A stretch of 64,000 nt of DNA, from the IMG/VR virus record IMGVR_UViG_3300012954_004455, positions 28,343-92,342 of that record; one strand, 5' to 3'. Of the stretch, positions 48,551-58,074 are shown in pieces. Below the pieces are notes generated by a model. That model had not been told where the DNA came from, searched no databases, and worked only from the letters and a program-made list of their open reading frames with translations. Numbering within the stretch: position 1 is the first letter of the stretch; each line of letters starts with the position of its first letter. The DNA is from a virus. Position numbers and translations under genes: made by a program.

Positions 48551-49876
48551 ATGGATCAACAATTCAAGGCAATAGATTTCGGGATATCTGGCAAGAACAT
48601 CAAAGTTCTTGCTCAAGGTACAGTTGCTAGGACGGACGAGGATCTCGTGCGTCCAAAACTTCGAGGTACCAGTCTCGCAATAACGAGCATTAGACCTGTA
48701 CATTCTCGTGTTGTTCCTTGGTTCCAAGGCGCGAATAATATGCCTGAAGAGTTGATAAATCTTGCTTCAGGTAACCCAATATTGCTTGGACTATTATTAA
48801 CCAAAGCGCAAGTTCTTCATGGAAGCGGGCTATGCCTCCATACCATCGGGATGGATGGGGAAGTCGTGCAATTGCCGCGAAATAAATGGCCTGAAGAAAT
48901 ACGGGACTTCTTCGACTATAACCAACTGAATAAGACCAGTTACCTCTTACTCGTAGACTACCTATTAACGGGGAATGCTTTCATGCAAATGATCCCTACC
49001 AAGGGATCAGCGAGACACCCCAAAAAGATCATTGAGGTGACACGCATTCAACCTGGTTGCGTTAGGATCTTACGGCCTGAAAATGGGCAGGAGATTCAGG
49101 AGTATGTTGTAGCGGGAGAATGGCAAGGGACAGCGAGCGATCTAAGCAGAGTCATTCCTGCATTCAGACGAAAGGCATTTTTCCAGAAGGAGCAGAACGG
49201 GTATAAGTTCAAAGAAGGATCTGGGAGTTGGACGGAAGCCTTGCTCCATATCAAAGTTGAGACAACTGGCTATCCCTACTATGGGATACCATTCTGGAGA
49301 GGGGCGGCCGATTCTGTCAGGTTACAGAATGTAATACCTCATCTGCATTTATCGAATCTCCTCAATGGATTTGGGGCGCGTGTAAGTGCCCAAATCTCGG
49401 ATCGGTACATCAATACTAAACGAAACGAAACGAATCCAGAGACGAATAAAGCTTACTCAGATCAGGAGATTATACAACAGGTAGGCAAGATGATTCAGGA
49501 GCTCTTGACGAGACCTGAGAACGTGGGCAAAACCTTGGTCACGGGTTTCATGACAGACCATCAAGGCAAACGCATTCCTGATATCGTAATCGAGAAAATT
49601 GCCTTCGATTTTGGCGATAAGCTCTATACGAAGCTAGAGCCTTTGATAAATGAGAAGGTTTCGGCCTCTGTGGGGCTATTACCGCACCTTAGCGGGCTTT
49701 TTAAGCAAGGATCAATGTCAAGTGGTAGTGAGATTAAATACGCTTGGGAGGCGCAAAAAAGCCTCTCTAGTATTGATCGGTCGCTAATACTAGAGCCATT
49801 GAATTTTATTCTTCGATACAATGGATTTGGGGAGAAGTATTTCTGGGATTTCCCTATACCCTCAATAATAGAATAG
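48551..49876 (+). CDS. Probable portal protein
   Basis: Homolog of 10290-11654; GTCC motif at 48513. Confidence 0.75.
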   Translation: MDQQFKAIDFGISGKNIKVLAQGTVARTDEDLVRPKLRGTSLAITSIRPVHSRVVPWFQGANNMPEELINLASGNPILLGLLLTKAQVLHGSGLCLHTIGMDGEVVQLPRNKWPEEIRDFFDYNQLNKTSYLLLVDYLLTGNAFMQMIPTKGSARHPKKIIEVTRIQPGCVRILRPENGQEIQEYVVAGEWQGTASDLSRVIPAFRRKAFFQKEQNGYKFKEGSGSWTEALLHIKVETTGYPYYGIPFWRGAADSVRLQNVIPHLHLSNLLNGFGARVSAQISDRYINTKRNETNPETNKAYSDQEIIQQVGKMIQELLTRPENVGKTLVTGFMTDHQGKRIPDIVIEKIAFDFGDKLYTKLEPLINEKVSASVGLLPHLSGLFKQGSMSSGSEIKYAWEAQKSLSSIDRSLILEPLNFILRYNGFGEKYFWDFPIPSIIE

Positions 49877-50908
49877 ATGCTAATACGCGCGATATATACA
49901 GAAGGGACAGCAGAAGCCTACGGCCTGAAGTACCATGTACCAGCCGTGGACAAACAGCTACGGTGGGAGGATATGAAGCCGCACGTACGCCTGGTGACCC
50001 GAAAGGAGCTCCTCCCCTATCTAGGTGAAGCATTACTCGCAAAACTGGAGACTGATTACAGCCAGGAGGAATATGATATGCCAGCCCACTTGAGCAAGAT
50101 CATAGGCTTTCTGCAAGCTAGCGTAGCAAACTTTGCGGTTTGTGAAAGTATAATCGCGAATAGTGTATTCCTCACTCCTATGGGAAGCATCCAGTATGTA
50201 GACCAGGAGAAAGCTGCAATCCCTGCAGACAAAGGCAGCTCGTATCTATTTCAACAGCAGCTGTTCTCTAACGGCAATTTCTGGCTGAATGAGGCCATGA
50301 AAGTCATGGAAGCTGAATCAGACTCATTTCCTGAATGGAAAGGCTCTAAGGCGCACCAACGCTGTGTAAACGGGATATTCGCAGGAGTAGGTGCGTTTGA
50401 ACGGTACTTCTCTATAGCCAAGGGGCTGGAGAGAGTCATTTACCAGATAATGCAGCCAACCATCATCGAGGGGGAACGCAGGTATTTGGAACCTCTCACA
50501 GGAAAGCCTCTGCTGGAAGAGCTCAGGGAAAAGCTTTTCAATGGAGAGGAGTTGATCCAAGAAGAAGAGGAACTCGTACACCATCTGAGAAAAGGCTTAG
50601 CCTCATGGGCATCACAACTGGCAGCTCCCTACCTAGGATTAGGAATCCAAGAAGGGGGATTGATAAACATAAAGTATCAAGGCTTGAGGAAGAGCAATGC
50701 GTCTCCTAACTCCCTTTGGGGAAAAGGCGCCGAAGCATTTGAACTTTTCGGAACGGATATAAAGAACTTCTTGGACAAGCATGTCGAGAAGTTCCCAGCT
50801 TACAGAGACTATGGCCCTTATACGCCCGAAGAGAAGAAAGACCCGTTCAATACTCAAGTGAATTACAAACCAGACGGGAGCTCCGCTAATGGAGTAACCA
50901 TCTTTTAA
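49877..50908 (+). CDS. Head-tail connector-like protein (DUF6712-like)
   Basis: Homolog of 11644-12654. Confidence 0.6.
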   Translation: MLIRAIYTEGTAEAYGLKYHVPAVDKQLRWEDMKPHVRLVTRKELLPYLGEALLAKLETDYSQEEYDMPAHLSKIIGFLQASVANFAVCESIIANSVFLTPMGSIQYVDQEKAAIPADKGSSYLFQQQLFSNGNFWLNEAMKVMEAESDSFPEWKGSKAHQRCVNGIFAGVGAFERYFSIAKGLERVIYQIMQPTIIEGERRYLEPLTGKPLLEELREKLFNGEELIQEEEELVHHLRKGLASWASQLAAPYLGLGIQEGGLINIKYQGLRKSNASPNSLWGKGAEAFELFGTDIKNFLDKHVEKFPAYRDYGPYTPEEKKDPFNTQVNYKPDGSSANGVTIF

Positions 50909-50917
50909 ACGAAGACA

Positions 50918-51154
50918 ATGGAAATGAAAGGAGAATTAATATTGAGTAGTATCGGTTTGCTTATGTATTACGTGCCGATCTTATGCCAGGACATGGTAGA
51001 TGTACAATTGTTTCGGCTCATTCTGGAACATGTGGTGAACCCGTTCGGACAGTTCTTGGTGATTCTAGCGATTCTCTTAATGCTTACCCCGAAGATTATT
51101 CTCAATTGGACTAAACTCAGAAACATTTGGCAGAGCAAGAAGAACAAAAAGTAA
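50918..51154 (+). CDS. Holin-like small membrane protein
   Basis: 78 aa, hydrophobic segments, basic C-terminus KKNKK. Confidence 0.45.
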   Translation: MEMKGELILSSIGLLMYYVPILCQDMVDVQLFRLILEHVVNPFGQFLVILAILLMLTPKIILNWTKLRNIWQSKKNKK

Positions 51155-51193
51155 GTAGGTTATAGTTTGAGAACGTTTGTCATGTATGTGACC

Positions 51194-51229
51194 AGCCTGT
51201 AGATCTGAAAGGATTTGCAGGCTTTTTTT
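51194..51229 (+). terminator. Intrinsic terminator
   Basis: GCCTGTAGATC/GATTTGCAGGC stem plus T7. Confidence 0.75.
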
Positions 51230-51373
51230 ATGCCCAATAGGAGCGAAAAACGGAGCTCTACCCTAGCCTACGGAATACATACGTATTTATACGTAATTAC
51301 TTCAAAACAAGTACGGATTTAGCCTCGTATATATGCGCGCATTTAGGGTTCACGCTTCGCCTATTTTTTCGAA

Positions 51374-51740
51374 AAAAAGGGGGGTGATTTTTTTTTTTGT
51401 TAATTTGTTAAGTGAGTTTATATATTATATAGTTAAGTTATTGATATATAAGTAGTTATATAAATCTCATTTTGTTAAAATATGGCCTTATTTTGTTAAA
51501 AAACGGGGTATTTTTGTTAAAAAACAGCCGATTTTGTTAAAATATAGATAGATTTGTTGTGGAAACGTCTAGTTCTTTTAGTGCACTAATAGTACGACTT
51601 TCGGGTTGTTAGCTTTTTCGAAGATGCGGCATATTTTAACAATTTGTTAAAATTCGGGGGCACTGAAAATCAACAACTTATGCTCTAACAAGCCGACTGG
51701 TATGACAAATTAACAAAAAAAAAAATCACCCCCCCTTTTT
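51374..51740. repeat. Large inverted repeat with iterons (ori-like) of prophage B
   Basis: ~35-bp IR 51374-51408/51705-51740; TTTTGTTAAAA iterons at ~51470, 51491, 51512 and 51532; IHF-consensus sites 51434-51446 and 51668-51680. Confidence 0.85.
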
Positions 51741-52147
51741 GGTAAAAAAAAGGGGAAATGCGATCCTAAGACGCGAGTGGTGTTAAGACACTTATTCCTC
51801 TATATATCAGCCTTTTAGGCGGGTTTTTGCTAAAAACGCCTATTTACTTACTAAATTCGTATAATATTGAGGCAAAAACGGTTTTTTAGGCAATTTTAGG
51901 CTTAATTGACAGATAATCAGGAACTTATGGCATTATGAGCGAGGCGACTGATTAAAGACATTGATATAGTACGGTTTCTCGTAGATCTTGGATTTTAACA
52001 AAATCGCCAACTGTTTGCCAAACAGTTCAAACATGAGATTTCGTATTTTTGCAATAATACTACGAGTTTCGATTGATTTTTAGGCTAAAATTGGCTGATT
52101 TTATTACATCGCTTCGTTTTTGCGAGGTATCGTAATAAATTAGGGTA

Positions 52148-52915
52148 ATGAGCGAAAATAACTACAACTTACCCCCAACAATAACGCCCCCCAAAATCGT
52201 CAAAGTACCCGTAACGGCTTATGTATATAAGTGGTTACGATCGAAGTTTGGCCCCTTGAATAGCTACGACCTTGATTACAGAGGAAATGGAGAACTCAAG
52301 AAGGCTCTGAGAGGTTTACCCCTCAACTGGACAATCGTTACGGAAATCAACCCTCTCCCCTATTATCATGTCAATCTGGTGCTGGGTAGGAATGAAGAGC
52401 TGATATCAAACTACGAGGAGCTAAAGCCCTTCATTACGGCTGGAGCCTTGTTTCAGCATGAATTCTTTTCGGCTTTCCTAGCCTATAAGGATGGACAGGA
52501 ACAACTAGCGAAGCAGCTAGGACTAACTAAGAGTCAATGGAACACCCGTAAGGCTATACAGAGCTTTTGCCAGACGCATAATATAGGAGCTGATGAGTAT
52601 GATAGGGAGAGTTTTGAGCGTCATATGCGAAGAAAAAAACATGATATTTCTCATTTCGTGTCGCACGTCACACAGAAATGGGAGTTCCAAAACGATGGGA
52701 ACCTTCTGTATGTGCCTGCAAGGGTATACATAGGCAAAAAACCTTATATAGGATTCCAATGTTTTTCACGAAGTAGAGGAACGATGAGGCGGGTTCAAGG
52801 CTGGGTACCTAAGACTCTCCTGAACCAACCAGGCGCGATCGATTGGAAAATGTGGGCAACCCTGATGGTCGAAAGCATAAACATATTGTTAAGAAAGGGT
52901 TGCAGTATTGCATAA
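52148..52915 (+). CDS. Putative DNA-binding regulator (candidate late activator)
   Basis: Homolog of 14351-15070. Confidence 0.55.
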   Translation: MSENNYNLPPTITPPKIVKVPVTAYVYKWLRSKFGPLNSYDLDYRGNGELKKALRGLPLNWTIVTEINPLPYYHVNLVLGRNEELISNYEELKPFITAGALFQHEFFSAFLAYKDGQEQLAKQLGLTKSQWNTRKAIQSFCQTHNIGADEYDRESFERHMRRKKHDISHFVSHVTQKWEFQNDGNLLYVPARVYIGKKPYIGFQCFSRSRGTMRRVQGWVPKTLLNQPGAIDWKMWATLMVESINILLRKGCSIA

Positions 52916-52980
52916 AATTTGACAAATTGTGACTCCAATAACCAACCAACTGGTCAAAAACTTATAAGAATATTACATAC

Positions 52981-53331
52981 ATGAACGTTGGTGATGTGGT
53001 CGTATTAAAATCCACGGATCTTAAAATGAAAGGGAGCATTCCCTTTTTGGTGATTACTGCGATAAAAGAAGATAGCTTGATAGCTGTTACTTCTTCCGAA
53101 TATGGAATAAAGAGGCTAGAGACCATTGAACTCCCAATCGCATGTTTCGAAGAAGTGAACGAACTTTGGCGAACAAGAAAAGAAACATGTTTGAGAGAAT
53201 CGAAAACGACTGAAGAGGAGGGTATTGAGACTATGATCGACTTCTTTAAGTATAAAAATGGATTCGATTCAGGTTTATCTGAAGTATCCTGCCAGGAAAA
53301 GAAAGAAGTAGACACCTTTGACCAACCTTAA
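52981..53331 (+). CDS. Hypothetical protein (YodC/DUF2158-like N-terminus)
   Basis: MNVGDVVVLKS motif. Confidence 0.5.
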   Translation: MNVGDVVVLKSTDLKMKGSIPFLVITAIKEDSLIAVTSSEYGIKRLETIELPIACFEEVNELWRTRKETCLRESKTTEEEGIETMIDFFKYKNGFDSGLSEVSCQEKKEVDTFDQP

Positions 53332-53356
53332 TAAGCGAAAACAAGGCAGAAATAAG

Positions 53357-53770
53357 ATGAAATCATTAGGAAACTTTATTCTGGTAACGCTTTGCCTCCT
53401 CTTCCTGTGGGGGGCTTGTCATGATCGAGAGCCTTCTACGCCCGATCATGAACGGGCTCGATACAGGCAGACGAGCCAAACGTTGGTTTTGGGAGAGGAA
53501 ATTGGGCTTGACAGCTTTTTCTCAATGTTCAGTGTGGATGAGTCTATTACGGATTCCTTGATTGGAACGCCTGAATTGGACTCCCTCTCCCCTAACCCCC
53601 TCAACAAACAAGCATTTTCCGCAAAGGCGGTATCCACAACCACAGCAATAGAAACCAAGCATGAGCCAAGGCGGGTAGCCCCTCATGTCTTGCGAAAGGC
53701 TGAATTAGCTAGAAAACCACCGGTGCGGGTTCCTCTCACAGGTACCTCGGGAGGACTCAGTTTTAGGTAG
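53357..53770 (+). CDS. Putative lipoprotein
   Basis: MKSLGNFILVTLCLLFLWGAC lipobox-like signal; terminator at 53811-53846. Confidence 0.55.
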   Translation: MKSLGNFILVTLCLLFLWGACHDREPSTPDHERARYRQTSQTLVLGEEIGLDSFFSMFSVDESITDSLIGTPELDSLSPNPLNKQAFSAKAVSTTTAIETKHEPRRVAPHVLRKAELARKPPVRVPLTGTSGGLSFR

Positions 53771-53906
53771 ATATATAGGAAGAAATTGATTGTTCATAAG
53801 TTTTTGTGTAGCCCCTAATCCTCAACCGATTAGGGGTCATTTTTTTGCCAAAAAAACCGCTTTTTTTGAAACATTTGGCGTTTTTTATTCAAATTAATTG
53901 AAACAT

Positions 53907-53951
53907 TTTTGTATCCGCTGTTGGATACAAAATGGATTTTTGTTATGTTTG
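53907..53951 (+). promoter_or_regulatory. Operator variant plus -7 promoter
   Basis: TTTTGTATCC-GCTGTT-GGATACAAAA followed by TATGTTTG (53944-53951). Confidence 0.65.
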
Positions 53952-53955
53952 AAGA

Positions 53956-54083
53956 GTCAAAAATTTAAAGGTAGTTAGTCATAACTATCATTATCTTAAA
54001 ATATAGAACAGCAGCGGTGGTACCGTTGTAATAGCCGTGCCAAAATCCAAGACCTTTGAATTTTTGACAGCCGCTCGCTGTTT
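53956..54083 (+). ncRNA. Putative C4/CI-like structured antisense RNA
   Basis: Stem GAACAGCAGCGG/CCGCTCGCTGTT encloses ACCTTTGAATTTTTGAC (54052-54068), complementary to leader GTCAAAAATTTAAAGGT (53956-53972). Confidence 0.45.
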
Positions 54084-54104
54084 CTTTTAACCTATTTAAA
54101 TGTC

Positions 54105-54437
54105 ATGAACGATTCAATTAACCTATCGGAACAAGTCGCGATTATCGAGGCCCGCCTACAGGCTCTGATCACAGAAAACGAATCTTTAACAGAGAAGGCA
54201 CATCAGAATTTCAATGATTTGGTCTGGCAGGCAGCCAGAGCAGAGTTTTACTACGCAGCTTTCACTCTCCTAGCAGGGAAAGCCACAGCAGAGAGAAGTA
54301 AGAAAGAGGAATACAATGGCGTGTTACTTCATTATAGAACTTTATGTAGAAAACAAGACGATTGTGAGCACGGGGATCTATTCATAAAAAGAATGGATTA
54401 CAGTAAAGTCCTAACGCCCGTTTACCCAAAAAGCTGA
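54105..54437 (+). CDS. Hypothetical coiled-coil protein
   Basis: First ORF after the RNA structure. Confidence 0.55.
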   Translation: MNDSINLSEQVAIIEARLQALITENESLTEKAHQNFNDLVWQAARAEFYYAAFTLLAGKATAERSKKEEYNGVLLHYRTLCRKQDDCEHGDLFIKRMDYSKVLTPVYPKS

Positions 54438-54498
54438 TTTAGAACGAATTACAACACCCAACTGGTCGCATACACACGAATTAGAACAATCACATTAC

Positions 54499-55641
54499 AT
54501 GTTATTCAAGGTATTTTTCGCGTACATGCGAAATGAACTTTCTGACGATTTACAACGCAGAGCTCCTCAATATTTGATTTTATCTTTATTTTCGATGATC
54601 ATCGTCGCCGCTTTGGTTTTTCTTGGGCTAAGATGGTGGTTAGGATTGACAGGAGCCAGCGTCTACCCTACTCTAGGGACGTGGGTAGCGATCATTGCAT
54701 CAGGTGGCGTTGGTATTGCGGCACATGTCGCAATATCCAACGCCATTGAAGCTTGGCGAGATAAGTCAACAAAGTGGCAGTCGCAGGCATTTTTTGCGCT
54801 GCTATTGGCGGTATCTATCGCACTACTCGACATGAACGCGAACTATCACGGAAGTCCAGAGCTGGCAAGGAGCCTTACGGCTTCTGTCGATTCACTTAAA
54901 ATGGATTTCGGATCTGTGGAATCGGATAAAAAGCGTATTCTACAGGAGATACGAGCCATAGAAACGCCTTACGGATGGTGCAGTACACACAAACGCAACC
55001 GATGTAACGTAGGGAATACGGGTTCTAATTGCCCTAATCATCGTTTTATCTTCAAGGCGAAGCCGAAATATGGTATTTCGCGCAAGAAGTTTATGGATGA
55101 TGAGGCTCGAATTAAGGAGCTTAAATCTAGTCTAACAAGGCTAGACAACAGCATTGCAGACCAACGCTCCCATCTTGTGGGTATGCATAGAACATCGGTA
55201 AGCGAGTATGAACAGGAGTGGAAAGAGCGAAGCGGTAACTACCAATATCTCTCGATTTACTGTTGGCTTTTGGTCGGGCTCCTCTCCTACCAGACCTATG
55301 ACTTTGAGGCTGATTTTTCGCGCGGAAGCTCAAGAGGCTCAAATGATTCGCAGTCACCTGAAAGGGAAAAAGAGGCTTCAAAGAATCCAAATAATTCAAA
55401 TAATTCAGCTAGTAAAACGAGCCAAAGAGGGGGGTATAAAAAGGACTCGATGGGGAGGATTAAAGCAGCTGTCGAGGCAATGCGAGCAGAAGGGACAGAA
55501 GCTATTAGGAGATACGCTTCGATGTCTCCAAACAAGGTAGCTGAAGCGATATCGAAGAAATGTGGACTTAGCACCACGACAATAAGAAAGAAATGGATAG
55601 ACGAACGAGGGAACCCGTTCGTAAGATATGACGAAGTATGA
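54499..55641 (+). CDS. Multi-TM membrane protein with Cys/His motif and C-terminal HTH-like domain
   Basis: WCSTHKRNRC..NCPNH; ISKKCGLSTTTIRK; homolog of 15338-16687. Confidence 0.7.
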   Translation: MLFKVFFAYMRNELSDDLQRRAPQYLILSLFSMIIVAALVFLGLRWWLGLTGASVYPTLGTWVAIIASGGVGIAAHVAISNAIEAWRDKSTKWQSQAFFALLLAVSIALLDMNANYHGSPELARSLTASVDSLKMDFGSVESDKKRILQEIRAIETPYGWCSTHKRNRCNVGNTGSNCPNHRFIFKAKPKYGISRKKFMDDEARIKELKSSLTRLDNSIADQRSHLVGMHRTSVSEYEQEWKERSGNYQYLSIYCWLLVGLLSYQTYDFEADFSRGSSRGSNDSQSPEREKEASKNPNNSNNSASKTSQRGGYKKDSMGRIKAAVEAMRAEGTEAIRRYASMSPNKVAEAISKKCGLSTTTIRKKWIDERGNPFVRYDEV

Positions 55642-55673
55642 CGATGAAAAGGGATAAGCTATGCTATTGTGAC

Positions 55674-55706
55674 AGCCGCTTTGCAGAGATGCAAGCGGCT
55701 TTTTTT
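55674..55706 (+). terminator. Intrinsic terminator
   Basis: AGCCGCTT/AAGCGGCT stem plus T-tract. Confidence 0.75.
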
Positions 55707-55748
55707 GTGTCCTGATTTTAGGGAAGTCTCTGCATTATCTTTGATTCA

Positions 55749-56450
55749 ATGGGAGTAATGAAGAGATATAGACCAAGGGGCCTTGCACGTCTCCAGCCTG
55801 GATTCGAACCAGGATCGATAAAGGAGGTATGGATTATCCGTAAGGAGGATGTGCAGAAAATCCCGTATTCTCCGAACCTGGATGCCGCTGCAATCGAGCT
55901 TGTTGATGGCGCATCCTTCTCCCATTATGAATTTGGTAGGGATACCGTACACCTAAAAGAAGTTCAAAAGACGAGTGAAAAAGGGACGATTTATGATATC
56001 AGTTTGGTATCAAAATACCACGGAAGAAACACCATAACTGATCAAGAAATAAACCGCTTAGGGGGCGGTTTATTCATCATATTTACCATGGATTTCTTGG
56101 GTAGAATCAAGCTTTTGGGGAGACGAGAAAGCCCAATGAAGCTCATTTCTGTGAGCATAGATTCAGGGAAAAAGACGAAAAACGGACAGGGATCGACTTG
56201 GAAATTTGTAGGGATGGGCTTGGAGATCTCTCCGAGTATTTTTGTGAGATCGGCCACAGGAACCAGTACAGGTTCAGTCAGCGGCACACCAACCAACCCT
56301 AATGACCCGAATACGGTAGTTGTTTCAACAGGACAAGGCCGTTATTCTTACGTGAATAATGAGGCGATCCAAGGATTTTATCAGGATCTCTTACAACGTG
56401 TGATAGACCTAGAGAACACGGCTAGGGGAGAAGGAGGCAATTTTATTTAA
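55749..56450 (+). CDS. Virion protein, possibly tail-tube-like fold
   Basis: Homolog of 16782-17438; GTCC motif at 55709. Confidence 0.55.
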   Translation: MGVMKRYRPRGLARLQPGFEPGSIKEVWIIRKEDVQKIPYSPNLDAAAIELVDGASFSHYEFGRDTVHLKEVQKTSEKGTIYDISLVSKYHGRNTITDQEINRLGGGLFIIFTMDFLGRIKLLGRRESPMKLISVSIDSGKKTKNGQGSTWKFVGMGLEISPSIFVRSATGTSTGSVSGTPTNPNDPNTVVVSTGQGRYSYVNNEAIQGFYQDLLQRVIDLENTARGEGGNFI

Positions 56451-56466
56451 TTATATATATCGTACT

Positions 56467-57486
56467 ATGGCAATTAGTTATGATGCAACGAGACGAGTAA
56501 AGGCCATGCAAATGCGCCGATATAACTCGCTTCTCGAAGCGACGAAAGTCTTAGAAGAAGGAGAGGCTGCGATAATCAAGCAAGGAGCGGGCTGGCGAAT
56601 GAAAATTGGCCGTGATGGACTAGCTGCGAATGATCCGAATCTTCCGTTCTTTGGTGAGGCGGTTGTGATCAACAACACGCTTACATCAACTTCCTCGGAA
56701 GAGGCTGCTTCGGCCTTGATGGCTAAAACCCTGAAAGACGAAGTAGACACGAAGGCAGACAAGACGACAGTTTCCGCTCTTCAAAACGCTGTGACTGCGT
56801 TGGAGTCTCGTCGTAGTGGCTACCAGATGTTGGATGCAAGCCAAGGGACACTCCCAACGGTTAGTATCAACAGCCAAGGAGCGAACGACGGGATCAAGCG
56901 AGGAGATCAGTTCTTTGCGACAAGCGCGGGTACGGTAGGAGACCATGTACTTACTACTGGAGATGTGTTGGTTGCGGTTCAAGACAACCCAACGGAGAGT
57001 TCTCACTTCGTGAAGTTGGATACGAACCTGGACAATGCTACCAAAAGCAAGATCGGTTTGATCCGTATCGCAACAGGAACAGAAGTATCTGAAGGCACAA
57101 ACGATGTCACTGCAGTAAGCCCCTTGGAGTTGAAAAACAACTGGACGGCTAAGAAGGCAAGTGCTTCTGAGATGCAAGCGGCTACGGACGATGAGAAGTA
57201 TGCAACGCCTGTAGGAGTAGGTTCGGCTATTGACGGCCGTCTTTCTCAGGACGTGACCAGCACAAGCACAACAAGTTTTGCATCAAGTGCAGTTACCAAT
57301 TCTATCTACCAATCAATGATCGGCCATAACGGACGAATCGAGACGTTGGAGACTTGGAAGACGGCTGTTCAACCAGCAATCGACAAGGTTCCTACATTGG
57401 AAAGCAAGATTGGCACGCTTGAGGAGCAAGTTGCTCACATCCACGCAGTATTACGCGGCGAAGGAGAACCACCAGCAGCAGAGTAG
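56467..57486 (+). CDS. Fibre-like virion protein
   Basis: LEEGE..MKIG.DG N-terminus, DAS.G..RGDQF, AT..KIG.IRIAT..SPL motifs; homolog of 17454-18503. Confidence 0.65.
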   Translation: MAISYDATRRVKAMQMRRYNSLLEATKVLEEGEAAIIKQGAGWRMKIGRDGLAANDPNLPFFGEAVVINNTLTSTSSEEAASALMAKTLKDEVDTKADKTTVSALQNAVTALESRRSGYQMLDASQGTLPTVSINSQGANDGIKRGDQFFATSAGTVGDHVLTTGDVLVAVQDNPTESSHFVKLDTNLDNATKSKIGLIRIATGTEVSEGTNDVTAVSPLELKNNWTAKKASASEMQAATDDEKYATPVGVGSAIDGRLSQDVTSTSTTSFASSAVTNSIYQSMIGHNGRIETLETWKTAVQPAIDKVPTLESKIGTLEEQVAHIHAVLRGEGEPPAAE

Positions 57487-57563
57487 GGTAGGTTTCAGTG
57501 AATTTGGGCACGAAAAAAGGAGACTCCTTACGGGGTCTCCTTCCTTGTTTTTATGGGTTGTGG

Positions 57564-57971
57564 CTAGAGCTTTACTAGCTGGACTTCTCCGTTGTAACCG
57601 AAGATATCTTTGGCGGCCTTCTTGAGCTTTTCTTGGTATTCTTGTATGACTTTGAAAGGAATAGCTCCTACTTGTGGGTCATCAGATCCGAAAATCGGAC
57701 ATCCCCACCAAGCCTTTGTAATCCCCTCTACAGCCGAACATTCAACTGGACAATCGGTCGGGAGCAACCATCCGAAAGTTGAATCGAAGGGACTATTGTC
57801 TATTAGCGCGGCGGTGCTTTTGGCTCCTAAAATCGAGGGGCGTTTTATGTGCTTGTAGCGAACCCGATTCTGCTTCTCATGATTCTTGACGTTTGGGTTC
57901 TGGGTATCGGATACAACCTCTACCTGGTCGAATTCTAGGACTTCCCGAATGGGTATTGCGAGTATAAGCAT
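57564..57971 (-). CDS. Conserved antisense-oriented hypothetical protein
   Basis: Homolog of 18567-18932; hairpin 57517-57542 between the convergent genes. Confidence 0.6.
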   Translation of the reverse strand: MLILAIPIREVLEFDQVEVVSDTQNPNVKNHEKQNRVRYKHIKRPSILGAKSTAALIDNSPFDSTFGWLLPTDCPVECSAVEGITKAWWGCPIFGSDDPQVGAIPFKVIQEYQEKLKKAAKDIFGYNGEVQLVKL

Positions 57972-58074
57972 GTCTGTTCTTTTGGTACAAAGATCGGTAG
58001 AGAGGGCTTTGGTTTCAATGGGATGCTGCATTGTGTCCTCTGTATAGAATCGGGTAGAGGGGTTCTTGCAGGTA

